Below are positions 23,691 to 36,839 of a stretch of DNA of 64,000 nt, piece by piece. The DNA comes from Trichosphaerium sp. ATCC 40318 (Eukaryota > Protista > Tubulinea): NCBI GenBank assembly GCA_038496445.1, contig JALMLS010000035.1:1-64000 (forward strand). The letters are read 5' to 3'. Under the pieces are notes generated by a model, which worked only from the letters and a program-made list of their open reading frames with translations, was not told where the DNA came from and did not search any database. Within the stretch, counting starts at the first letter, position 1, and the number at the start of each line of letters is the position of its first letter. A program made the position numbers and the translations under genes.

Positions 23691-24800
23691 TTAATCCTCC
23701 TCCTCGTCTTCAGGCTCTCTCAAACGATCTCTAAGCTCCATCAAGTATTTACCTAGCTTGTTTTCTACTTCACCCTACACTTAAAAGTAAATAACATTGC
23801 TTCCAGACTCGTCTCTCGCAAAAAACAGAAAAAACAACTTCGAAAAAACAAAAACCAAATTATCCAGTAAAAAACACCACGTGCCCAGTAAGGATCTTCA
23901 CCGTGCTTTATAATTTGTGCATCTCCTGTGCTCAGTAGTTCTTCTTTTAAAAATTCGTTTTGTGTAAACTTCTCTTCTAGTACTCTCTCCATAACGCCAT
24001 CGCGTCGAGAAATCCAATCAGGGTCAGCTTTTAAGCCTGAAAAAAAAAGATGAGCAATGTACATTGCAGCCACAGAAGAAAAGTTTTTCTTTTTTCAAAA
24101 GTACTTATTAGAGTAAAGACCTCTAATGTGATTAAAAGTAATATAAATGATAAGGAGTATACTGAGTAAAACGTTTACAAGGTCTTAGAACGACACGCGT
24201 TTCATAGAGTACTCAGAAAAAAAAAGAACAAAAAAAATTGTTGCAACCGCGGTCACGGCCATATGTACCCCTTGAAATAGATATAAGCACTGTGTCATTT
24301 AAAAGCCATTTGTCTTCTTTGAACGCCACCCTTTGATTGCCTTTTAAAAGCAGTTGTAAGTAAATAAAAAGACATTTAATTTTTTTGCTGTTCTAACAAT
24401 TTAACCATGGGCTTACCAAGCGTTCTGGCAATCTCAGCAAGCGGTGGATCTTGTTTGAGTATAATATTAGCGTATTGCTGAGCGTAAGGTGACACGCCGT
24501 TGTATATAAATTTTTGTGTTTGATAGTAGTGTTCAGCTGTCGGGTAGTTTAATCCTTCAATGTGAAGCTTGAAATCCTTGTCTGGCATGGGTTAGCTACA
24601 TGAGCGGTTTTAATGCGTAGAGAGCGCACTATGATGACTTCCATAGCTGTTTGATAGTCCTCCGTATGGCTTTGGGAGCGTTAGGCCGAGTTTTTCTTAA
24701 AACGCAACAACTTACAGCTTTAGGTCCAAGGATGTGGACTCTACTCTTCGTATTACCTCCCAGTGATTCTAAATAACGATTATGCATAACACTTTACCAT
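23691..24800 (-). CDS. NADAR (YbiA-like) family protein
   Basis: YPTAEHYYQTQKF; VMERVLEEKFTQNEFLKEELLSTGDAQI...DPYW; N.LGKYLMELRD. Start uncertain. Confidence 0.85.
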
Positions 24801-25039
24801 GTGTCTTACCTAATATCTTTTTGGTCTTTGTGCTCTCTCTTGCTTGCGCTGACGCGCTCACATGGTAATTGCGAGTAAAAATCCTGTAAAAGGTCAAAAA
24901 CCTGCTCTAATGATCATTTTGCTTACCTCATGTACTATGACAAGATACTTGCGTAAAGATGAGATTACAAATTAAGTACGAAGTGTACTTAACGCGTGTA
25001 CACGCAAACACAGCAAAACCTACGGTCAGCAAGTCTCAG

Positions 25040-28000
25040 ATGCAAGTGCGCCTTGTTTTCGTACTCCTTATATTATTTGCGGCCTCACCGGCCTCGCTTC
25101 AACGTATTAAACGTGTTGTGTCTCTCATGCTTGAGAACAGATCGTTTGACCACTATTTGGGTAACTATTACAACAATGTGAAATCTTTTGTTGTAACGAG
25201 CTGGTGTAGGTCATTTGAAGGCAGTTAATCCAAACATTGATGGTGTCACAACAGCTGATTCGTACGCACGCTTTCCAAAAACGCTTCTCCCTAAAGCTTG
25301 TCTCTAGCAACCCTATTGATCCAGCAAATCCTGCCAAGGGCGTCTACAATGTAGTATTTAACGCAACGGACGTACGGCGACGGTTTTTTTCTGCGTCCCA
25401 CCAACTTTTGGTTCAACTTTTCTTTTAGGTGATGGATTTCGATCCACATCACGATCTTGGTACGACAGTTCTCTTAGTAAAAACTGTCCAAAAACTCACA
25501 AATAAGTTTAGACCACGTGACTACACAAGTATTTGGATCCCAAAAGCCGGTTTCACCAGCTCCTATGGATGGTTTTGTGGCAGCTTCACCAGGTTTGCTT
25601 TTTTTTTCTTGATTTTTTAGTCTTCTTGCTTTAGTATCTCACGCTCGTTTTCTTTAGAACCTAAGAGTGAAATCATGAGATGCTTGAATGCTAGCATGTC
25701 TCCAATAGTAACAAAACTTGCTCTTGAATACGCTCTATTTGATAGATGGTTAGTCCTACGCTTCAATACCTTTTTTAGTCTATTTTGCTTTTCTAAAGTT
25801 TTTCGAGCACGTGTTAACTTTTTTTGAAAAGGTATGCATCTCTTCCTGGACCTACCATGCCTAACAGAATGTTCTACATGAGCGGTACTTCAGATGGTAA
25901 GCACACAAAGAATTAAAACTATTCCAAAAATCGTTAATAACTTCAACTTGTTTGCCTTTTTGGACTTTATTCCAACCTTGCGTTCGCACAATCACGTCTA
26001 TCTATCACTGTACCATGATATTGTCCTCTTGTACTAAATACTTTTTAGCTGCTACATACAATGATAAAGTAAAGCTTCTTGAAGGATATCCTCAACGTAC
26101 TATTTTTGATGATATTTATGATTCTGGTAAAACTTTCAATATCTATTACGGTGATATCCCATCAGCCCTTGGTTTATCTAGAGTCCGCGAGGTAATACTG
26201 CAGCTTATTTATTTAATGAAAAACCTTTTTTTTCCGTTTTTGGGTACACGTAAGACACGTGCAGTGTACGACTTTTTTTTTCGGATATGACAGTTTTTTT
26301 GGTTGAACGTAACACATCAGTCTGTTTATCATGTATTAACCACTAACCCTTTTACTTAGTATCCTCTTCATATGTTTGAGTACAGAGACTTTTTGACAGA
26401 TGCAGCTGAAGGAAAACTTCCTCATTACTCTTTTATTGAACCACGTTATTTCACACTTTTGGGCGCGAAAGAGAATGATCAACATCCACCTACTTCTATA
26501 TCTCAAGGAGAATTTCTTGTAAAATCTGTATACGAAGCACTAGTTAACTCACCACAATGGAATGAAACACTTCTTGTACGTCAAGAACAGCAAAAAAACC
26601 GAAAAGAAAAAAAGAACTTAGTACTTCACATCATTCAATTTTTCCCCCACGCCACGGAAAGACCTTATTTTTACTATTCCTTTGAGTTGAAACAGTACCT
26701 GAAAGGGCGTGCATAAAACAATATGAATGATGTGAACTCTAAAAATCGATTTTTTGCTTTTTTCCGGTTTTTTTCTTGTTGTGAGTTTGGTTGGACTTAT
26801 TCTTCTTTTTCAAGATTATTACTTATGATGAGCACGGTGGTCTTTATGATCACGTACCAACACCATTAAACGTACCAAACCCAGATGGTAAAATAGCCGA
26901 AGACGGTTTCAACTTTGAACGATTGGGTATACGTGTACCAACGATCGCTGTTAGCCCTTGGATTAAGAAGGTAAAGACCAAAACCACAAAGAAAAAAAAA
27001 CTTGCAAGGTTTTTTTGTTTATTTTCTTTCTCCCATGCAACACCACTCATGCTCCCTCTTCTCTAGGGTACACTTATCCATGAACCTAAGACAAGCCACT
27101 ATGATCATACAAGTATGCTAGGAACACTTCGTAAGGTGTTAGACTTGAAACAACCTCCTCTTACAAAGAGAGAATCTTGGGCTGCTACTTTTGAAGATTT
27201 ATTGGATTCTCTTGATGAACCACGTGAAGATTGTGTAAAAAATCTACCTGTTGTACCTGGTATGGAGGATGATTATAGATTATTTGAAAAGACAGAGAAT
27301 ACACCTGGTGTATCTTCTTCTCTTGAACCACTAGTTGATGGAGATAAAGATACATCAATAATTTCTGGTTTGCAATGGGAAATGCTAGATATCGCTTGGG
27401 GATTATCAGGTATGTCCTACTCGTATTCTAAGTGTCTTTTTTTTTCTTTTTTTTTGGGCCTCTAAATGCCACGTGATATGACTCAGCGCTGTTTTGACAT
27501 CTTTGTGTTTCATACGTTTTATGTCCGTTTACTTCGCACTGTGGATTTAGTAGTTGGAACTCTATTTTGTTACCATGAAGCCAAACCATAGTTTTTGGCT
27601 TCATGTTGAACGGTAGTAGCAATGTAAATGTCAGTATAGTCCAAATCTTTAACAGAATTTAAACGTCATGGTTTTTTCTTTTGGTGCTTCTAGCACTGTG
27701 AAATGTCTTGTAAAGCTTTTGGAAGCACGTGATAGAAAAAAATAGGTTTTGGTTTTGAGACGTTCACTTGTTTATTTCTCGCTCTTTAGTAGTATATTCA
27801 TTCGTTTATTTAGGTGGAAAGGCTGATACGAAAGACCTTAAGACTGCTCATGACGGTGTACGTACCAAATGACACTGAGACTGTCAGATATTTTACAAAG
27901 ACAGACAAAAATTGAACTCGAAACCCTTTTGCAAAGAAATATTTTCTTTTTTTTGTTCCCTTCGAAGCAACTTGTGTTCATTGTTTCACCTTAGGCTCTT

Positions 28001-28072
28001 TATGTGCGCGCTCAATTACAAAATTGGCTAAATGATAAGAAAGAAAGCTTATTAAGCGCTGTAGAACAATAA
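25040..28072 (+). CDS. Secreted non-specific phospholipase C / phosphoesterase-family protein
   Basis: Signal peptide; [19 protein letters not shown]; GPTMPNR; ENDQHPP; [14 protein letters not shown]; [17 protein letters not shown]. Confidence 0.9.
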
Positions 28073-28513
28073 ACAACTTCATATTTCTACTTATCAAATC
28101 ACACATTTTCAAGATCGAATACCATATTTTTTGTAGAATCAAATCTCTTTTGTAATTCATTACTAGTAAGATCGTTACTGTTTCAATAAAAAAAAGATGG
28201 GTTTTGATTGATTTGTTGTCAGCAAAGTCCACAATTTTTGTATCATACATACGCCCCTAGTGCGATATACAACTAAAACAGTGTAAACAAGGCAAGCATA
28301 CATTAAATGGACGAAAAAGAACAAAGAAGGTCACTCTTGGATGAAATACCAATTGACTCGTTGTTCACATTCTAAGCTGATAGCTACCAACAGAAAATGA
28401 CATTTTTTTTATGTTTTTTATTTGTATTTACAATCAGTTTGGGGTGATAAATTACAGTGATAATAACTAAGTTACGGAAGATTTAGCTATTTCTTGGTGT
28501 CATGTTGGTTTTT

Positions 28514-29834
28514 TTAACGCCATGATGCGTTCTTGAACATGCTACGTACAGCAGTTTTATCAACTGCTAGTTTTTTTGGAAAAACAATGTTGAACTTAAT
28601 AATCAAGTTTCCTCTTGCTCCTTGTTGTTTAGATATTGGCATACCTTCTCCTGGAACAATATGTTCATATGTAGGTGATATTATCTTATCAACAACAACA
28701 GATAGGTTTGGTCGTCCATCAAGAGTTGGAATACCAAGTTTGACTCCGGTCAGAGCACTTTGTAAATTAATGGTAGCAGTGTAAACCAAATCGTTTCCTT
28801 GTCTCTTAAAGTATTGGTGTGGTAGTTCATGTAAGATAAATCTTAGATCATCTGCTCTTTCTCCTGGTCTTTGGTGTCCCTAAAACGATAAATGAGTACC
28901 CAGAAAAGACGTTCAAAATGAATAATGGTCAAAGACAAAAAAAGAAAAAAAGAAGAAAAAGTGAAGTTGACTTGGTTGTTTTACAACGTACCTTTCCACT
29001 GAATGTGATTTTGGTACCCTCTTTCCATCCAGGCTTTACATCTATTTCAATATTCTCTACTACTTCTCTTTCAGGTACTTGAGGGCTTGTTTGTACTTTT
29101 CGGCGGACTCTTAATTTTTTAGTGCATCCTGTGAACAATTGCTCCAAAGTGCATGAAAATTGGTGTTCTGTGACTTTTGGTTTTCTGCGTCTCATGCCAC
29201 CCATACCGCCCATGCCGCCCATGCCACTCATGCCGAACGGGCTACCCTCACCACCAAAATCCTACTCAGGCAGTCAGTAGAGTGATAAAAGAGATAAAAG
29301 CGAAACTATTTATTGAAAAAATGAAAAAAGGATAATAAAACCGTTCAAGCAAAACAGGATTAACGTACGAAGCCACTTGTGCCAAACATATCCTTAAATA
29401 CGTCCATTGGGTCTCTAAATCCACCGCCATTTGAGCTAAAGTGGAATGTCGTTCCATCGCCTCCCATGCCTGAAAAACCGCCTGGAAAGCCACCCTGGAA
29501 CCCTCCTGAGAAACCACCAGGTCCTCCAGGTCCACTAGCTGAAGGGCCGCCTTTTACGCCTTCTTCTCCAAACTTATCGTATATTTTACGCTTTTCTGGG
29601 TCGTTGAGGACTTCATACGCTTCTGAGACCTAAAAAACGAATTAGGAAGAGCAAGAAAACGGTTAAATGAGCGAAAGTAGAGCATACCTCTTTAAACTTC
29701 TCCTCTGCTGCTTCCTTGTTGTCTTGATTTCTATCAGGGTGCCACTTTAAAGCTTGTTTTTTATAAGCCTTTCGTATCTCTGATTGAGTTGCGTTTCGTG
29801 ATATATTAAGTGTTTTATAGTAGTCCTTGCCCAT
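28514..29834 (-). CDS. Type II Hsp40/DnaJ co-chaperone (Sis1/DNAJB-like)
   Basis: J domain with WHPDRN; G/F- and G/M-rich region; [12 protein letters not shown]; GEGMP...[13 protein letters not shown]. Confidence 0.93.
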
Positions 29835-30087
29835 GTTGTTTGAGTTTTAAATTATGAATGATTTTGAGGTGCCATAAAAAATTCCAAAAATGAATAGATT
29901 TCTCCGAGATTTCATTGAATTCCAGGCGAAATCTTCGCATTGGCTTTCAGAGGTTTTTTTACCGAGTCTCATTTTTGTTACAACACAGCTATAGTAGCAC
30001 GTAGGTATCTTTTCAATCAATAACAAGGGCTTAAAAAGCGCATATATTCGCTTTCAAAAACGTTTATTTCTTGCTTTTGGTTTTCAA

Positions 30088-32236
30088 TCAAACTTTAGAC
30101 GCTACAGTGAATGCACCTTTACGAATTTTCTCAGATGTACCAATACCTAAAAAAGAATGTTAGAATAGATAGACATCAGCGGTTGACACCAAAACCAAAG
30201 AAAGAGCACATACCCCAGAAAGTTAGTTGGGATTCATAACCACCTACATCATATTCATTAGGGGTAGCAAAGTAACCCATATGAGCGTTACTGTAACCAG
30301 CAAATAAGGTATTATCGAAACCTAAACTAGCTGTATCATTTCTAATTTGCCATCCAAGCTCAAGAAGTGCTTCACCTGGAACAGTAACAACAACATTTTT
30401 TACACCATCAATAATGATTTTAAATGCTGTAAATCTTGGATCATTTTCTACCCAAGCATCACCGAAATGAGCGTTCCATCGGCATCCAATAACCTTACAA
30501 ATACCGCAAACGTCTAATGGACCGCCTAATAGAAACACACATCAGTACAAGTAATCAATAAATGAGCAATGAAAGGATAATACCTGTAGTACAGTTTTCA
30601 AAGCGAGCAAGTGTAAAATTCAAGTTTGTCATGCCAAACGGAACTAACTCTGAGTGTGATGATAATTGAACATTTGATGACTGCTTAAGAGTCTTACGGA
30701 AAGACAATACAGCGTCTTTTATAATAACAGAACCAGCAAACTCTGGTTTAGATTTACAAGATGCCTTGGCTAAAAAACATCAGAAAAAAAAAAAAGAAGA
30801 GGTACATTGTAAGCAAACTGATTGATGCAAAAAAAAAACAAAACCCAAAAATATAACGTACTTGGTCCAATATCACCTGCATCTGCGTTGATGAATAATG
30901 AAACACCTCCTTAAGAAAAATGTGAGATAAAAATCAAACGAGAACTGAAATAAGTAAATAATTTTTCTAAAATACCTAATTCTTGTTCTACAAGTGTATT
31001 AACACGACCCATAATGTCGGCTGTGAATTTCATATTAGAAGCGCCATAGCAAGTACCATGAATGGCGTAATTCCATACTACAAAGTAACATTAAAGAGAT
31101 AATCCTTATAACAGCGTATAAGTACCTGTAGCGAATGGAGTACCATTCATATCATTTATAGCAATAACAGCAAGGTTAGGATCTATTGTACCCTCCTGTA
31201 CAAAAGGAGAAATATTTGCGCGACGATTATGTGTTACACCGGTGAGGTTTGTAACAGCTAGACCTATTGTCGCTAATTTCAAATCTTTCTCAGCAAGAAC
31301 CTACACGCAAAATGAAAAAAACGTTCCACAAAAAATTGTGAAGACTTCGTCAAATTCACCAAAACAAAATACCATTGCATCAGCCAAGTACCCTGCAAAC
31401 TCACGTTGGAGTTCAGGTACCATAAGGTCTGTAGCAGGCGCAAATTGCCATAAGAATTCTGGAGAAATAGCGCCTATACAGTAGCGTCAGAGTCAGAATA
31501 ACAAAAAAACTTGAGAAAAATCAAAAATTATGTGCTGAAAGCGCACTACTCACCAGGTCCGCTATGAGAATGAGAAGCAGATAATATAGTTTGCTCAATA
31601 GGAACAGTGAAGCCTTAATAAACAGTTAATGTAGCCTGTGGGCATTTACCTTACCTCTGGAGGAAGCCATAGTCCATGCCAAATCCATCAAGTTGCCGTC
31701 AGCGCTTTATTAATCGGATTAACGTATTGTTTTGAAAGAAAAGGCGCTGGTACCCGATGCCATCAAAAGTTACGAATGCGAGCTTGGTCTCTCCGTCTGA
31801 GAGTACGACAGCTCTAGCCCATATTGGGTCCAAATGACCAGTACTGTCAATTATTAGCAAGAAAGTACGTAATGTGTATTTTACGCGTACTTTCCGGTCA
31901 TCCAGTTACTGTACTTCTTCGGAGTTGGAATTGGCCATAGTTTAACTCTCCTGGCGCCCTAAATTCTATTTAGCTTTTATCTCGCGCCATTTGTACCCAA
32001 TTGAATCCAGCTACGCATCATTAGCAAGCACAGAGGTAGAAAAGAATCTAGAAGTTTCTTTTGGACGATTGGATGTACGTGCCTAATGGAACACCAAGCG
32101 GGAGCGTTGCATTGACTCTAGCGGTTCCAGCCATAAATTTTCCACCATTGGCTTTAAGAATTTTTTCTAGCTCAGGGATACTGGCAGTAGATACTACTAC
32201 AACTAATAGTGCCAAAAACACAAGCAGACTCCTCAT
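30088..32236 (-). CDS. Neutral/alkaline ceramidase-family protein
   Basis: Signal peptide; LSASHSHSGPG; WNYAIHGTCYG; NADAGDIGP; TVPGEALLELG; GYSNAHMGYFATPNEYDVGGYE. Confidence 0.85.
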
Positions 32237-32747
32237 CAATACGTACTTTACTTTTTTGTACCGTTTTTGACAACAATTTCCATAAAAGACATAAATGTAC
32301 AGCTGTTAAATCATAACACAACATGATATTTATGTACACTTTATTTAACGCCACCTCATTTTTCAGTTGCAGAATTTGTGATTGGCCAGATCGCTTGAGA
32401 CAGTTTCAGAAATTCCGAAAAATGAGTTTTGATAACAGCAAAATGCACCGACTCCAAAAGGACTACCTATTTGTAAGTATAGCATCATAGCTATATGTGA
32501 AAAGTAGCTATTGAGGTGAGGGTCTGAGGTGAGTAAAAACGTCTCAAAGATTTCTCGAAATTGTGTAAATATCAAAAATCAATTTTGTAAATTGAACTGT
32601 CTCAAAAGCGATGCTGCCCATTGTATACTTACACCTGATATAATGAAGAGTCAAGCATCATTTTTTTACGCGTGCAGATTGATTTGAGGATGAGTTAAGA
32701 CTGGGGTTTGATAGTTATTGTCTTAGACACTTTCCAAAAACTGAACA

Positions 32748-34317
32748 TTACTCACTTGTGAAGTACTTTAAATTATCGTATTTATTAGATTTGCTTATTT
32801 CGTTTGTTAGTTTACACAAAGAAGTATACCACCAAGCTTTGCCGGTTTTCGTCTTGTCAAACTAACAGTCGATAAATCAAATTTAAAAGGTCTTCTACCA
32901 AAGTTGACACGAATATGTTCACCGGCAGAATGTAATCCTACAATCGCATGTAGATTTGGATAATACCGTTGCATTGTAGCCGTAATCTAATAAGGATGAG
33001 AAAAAAATTACATAGTATCCATAGCAAAGCAAGAAGAAATGCAAAGACTTTGTTTTCTAACTCACTTGAAAGTTTTTTTGCAATTGCTTCCCATTACGTG
33101 TAAAGAAAATATGCCTGTTTGTTAAATCTACACCACATCCTACAATATCACCTGTGACAAATAGAGGCCCAAGAAGATACCCTACAAGAAATCAGTAAAA
33201 CACGTGAGAGCAAATTTCTTACGGCTTTGGCAAGAAAACACTGATCCGTCATCACCATGCCAACCAATTGAACCTACCTCCCACCCAGGTTGACGGCTAT
33301 AATGCACTTTACTATAATCATGTCTACCCACACCAATACAAACACACCTTTATTCATTAAGTACGTACAAAGTGAAGCAAAAAATAACAAGAAAAGAATT
33401 ATGCTGTTGACTCTTTAATCTTTTTGTGTACCCTTTGCGTCCTATATCTACAACTTCGATTTCAAAATAGCCTACGCTACCACGTGAACCAAATGGGGTC
33501 GACACAATGGGATTTGTTGATGTAACTACCTACATAGGAGTGTCATCACAGAAGCACTATTTGCTTGATAATTTTATTTAAAACAAATCTCGTAACGTAC
33601 TGCAACTGTATCTCTCTCCATTGAGTTGTTCTTACCGATGTACCAAAACTCTATGCGATCTTTAGAAAGTTCTCCAGTTGACATGGAAGCTAAAAACAAG
33701 TTAAAAAAAACCCAAAACAACAGTCCACACTATTTGAGTTCAAACAAAAACAAAACCGCTCCAATTACCCAAGCTAATTACACTTTAACGTTCCAAGAAC
33801 ATTACATCAGCACCTCCCTTGTACGTAATGTTGTAGCGCTTCAGGAACTTGTTTTTTTTGGAACAATACAAATCACCATTTCCGATAGCGTTCACACGTG
33901 CCTTCAAGTCCAAATGTTGTGTTCATAACTGTAAGATAATTTGCAATTCTATTGTTGTAAACGCCAAGCCAAGTATTTGAAAAAGGTGGTGGAGCATATG
34001 GTATGTCTTTTAAGCGAAATGCCTTTTTGCAAGCAGGTCCCTTTTGAACACAATCAAAACTTTCTTTGTATCGTGTATAGGTGTAATATAACGTTTATTT
34101 AGCGTACCAAACATGCTGTTGATGACGTAATAGCCAACATAAGTTTACTAACTAAAAACAAAGTAGAATACTCTACTAGAGGCACGTAACCGAGTATTTC
34201 TACCCAAATCTAATATTCGGAAGTCAGAATAGGCAAAAATGCGGTAATTGTGCAATTAACCTCATAAGGAAGGTCTCTAATGCAATCGTACGCCTCTTCG
34301 TACTTCAGAGCCTGCAT
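32748..34317 (-). CDS. F-box plus SPRY-domain protein
   Basis: DLPYE(I)WVEILGY F-box; YFEIEVVD; PGWEVGSIGWHGDDG; GDIVGCGVD...FFTRNG; IVGLHSAGEHIRVNFG. Both ends approximate. Confidence 0.8.
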
Positions 34318-34738
34318 GCTACATGGCTAATGATTGTTAGACCAAAAAGGACTCAAATTCTGTGGTTTTTTATGAAAATGACGTTTACAACTTGTTGTAC
34401 TATATCTTAGCTTTTTAAGTGTTGTAGACGTAATCGTCGGAATTTCTAGGTTTCGGGGAGTATCAGATCATGTTTTGATGGCTGTAAAACGCTATTTGAA
34501 TCTGTTATGAATGGCTCTTTTTCAATGAATGCAATTAACACCAAACACAAGCGGAAATACTTTTGTAAACGATCTGAGAATATATAAATGAACTGTTCTG
34601 ATGTAAGAAAGATGGGTTATTGTTTTTGTACTAACGGTTTGTGTATTTCTTTTAAACTTTCTTCTAAACTTCACATAAACAATAGCAAGAGTTTAGAATA
34701 TCAAAATACTGATTACAACAAGTATGTATGACACTTGT

Positions 34739-36556
34739 TTAGGGTGTAAATTCTTCGTCATTCTGTTGCTTTTCGTGTTCGACTTCTGATTCCTAGTAAT
34801 ATTCCATTTGGTGGATTGATATAGTAAGCGTCTTGTTTGGGAATAAAACACGAATCATTAATAAAAAATCGCATTGGTTTCCTTCCGTAAAAGACACAAT
34901 TAAAGATGCGATTGATATATCGCACCAGTGTATGGTTTTCATGATAGAAAGTTACATGCTTTTGTACTAGAACTCAGTGAAAATGATTGTAGGTATCATT
35001 TACACTACAATTGTTTGGGTCATACTTGCTTGACAAGGTTCATGGAAAGTAGCATCACGCGGGGACTCATGTCTGCAGAGGGCATTCTTCTAGCAAAGAC
35101 GATAGGCGTCTGATCCTAGCATTCAGTTCACTAGTACGGCGGTGTAGGAGCAACATAAGGGGCAGGTGGAGCTGGTGTAGGAGCTAGCGCTGGAGCTGGT
35201 GTAGGAGCAACAAAAGGAGCAGGTGTTGGAGCTTGTGCAGGCTTAGGTGCAACATATTTAAACTGGTTCTGGTCTTGATACAGCATTCACTAGTAATGAA
35301 GTATGATACTTCCACCAACGTTTCAAAACATAAATCAAAAGCACACGTTTTATTGCTTATGTTCACTTGCAATTACTCATTCATTTGTTTCTTTCTTCTC
35401 AATATTTCCCATCCACGAATAAGCACATGATACTCTCTTTTTATAGGTTTTACCTCAAATTCATGAAACAAACCAGCCAATTGTTTAGAGCTATACAGCC
35501 GACTTTAGTGACTAACTAGATGAAAATTAAGACGATGTACCATGTAGGATGTTTTGCTGCCAGTTGTTTTGCCCGGGGTGTTATTTCTGCACCTACCAAT
35601 AAACTGTTAAAATATATATTTAAAAAAAATCACATGTATTTGTTTGATTGAACGTACCAGCCATTAATAGTATACGACAAGCTTTAATAGTGTTTCGTTT
35701 TGTCGAACAAGCTATTTCAAGAAATGTATAAGTTGATGGTAAAGGCATGTCATTTACATCAACCCCCATTTTGACTAAAGTCTCCACCTGCAAAAAACAA
35801 ATCAACAAGAAAATTCGAAATCCACTCAACTTGACTTGACAACCTTTGATTTCAATAATTTGCTTTGTGTGTAACAAGCACGTTTTATGGAAAAGGTAAA
35901 ACATAGTTGGATTAAAGTGAGATTAAAGTTGTTAAAGGTGTAAACTGTCAAATCAAGAAAGCTGATTTTTGATAAAAAGATTAACATTGTCCCATTTGTG
36001 AGCTCGTTTTCGTTCAATACTGAGCACGTGGTTAGTTTTAAATGCCACGTAAACGTCACACTTACCCTGGTACATCATACAAAATATGAGGCATGGAAAA
36101 GGTTTAGGGTTATGAGAATGACGAGCTCAAAATGGGAATAAGGTTGATCGTTAAGTTGTGGTCAACTCTTAATTTTCACTGACCCGCAGTATCTGCCTAT
36201 GGTAAAGCCCACTGTAGTCTTGAATGACATTCCTCAACTTCTTTAAAAGCTTTTTAGATGTCCTAGGTGCTCCCAACTTTCGAATTGTGGCAAAAATATC
36301 TTCACGAAAGTCTATAGCGAAATGCTCCTTCGTACGGCCAAATAGCGATATATGCATGCGCTTCCACAGGTAGTTGTCGCCACAGAGCATATTCCAATGT
36401 TTACAAACACCTTCGGCCGTTTAACAGCCTAAACTACGCACAGAACGTACTCTCGCATCGTAGTAGATCACGTAAATGTTTCAAGCGTAACAAGATGTTT
36501 AAAAGGATTTCGTTAGGTAAGGCATCATTTGAGGCTTCGTCTGGTACGCTGTTCAT
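34739..36556 (-). CDS. F-box protein with an ankyrin-like segment and a Pro/Ala-rich linker
   Basis: ALPNEILLNILLRL...VCKHWNMLCGDNYLWK; LVKMGVDVND...CRILLMAG; APTPAP repeats at 35140-35250. Confidence 0.7.
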
Positions 36557-36839
36557 TGTGTCACGTAGTTAAAATTAGGTTTGGCAAAGCAGAAACGACG
36601 GTCAAGTACAATCAACACTGTTGTTCAAAAACCAATGCATGTGAGCAAAGGAGCTATTTCTTAACCAGCGATCGGGTTGTCGATTCGCTCAGGAATAGAA
36701 TACGACCTTCCCCACAAAAATTAAGTCAAGTAGTAAGGCGTGAATGCTGGAACAAAAATTACCGTTTGATGGCCACCGAAATAACTCTGCCTTGAAATTA
36801 GATACAACCGACATTATTTTTTATTAGTACAACGTTTTG

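Noticed and set aside
35140-35250. GC-rich ggagctggtgtaggagc repeats
   Set aside because: They encode the Pro/Ala-rich linker of the minus-strand F-box protein.
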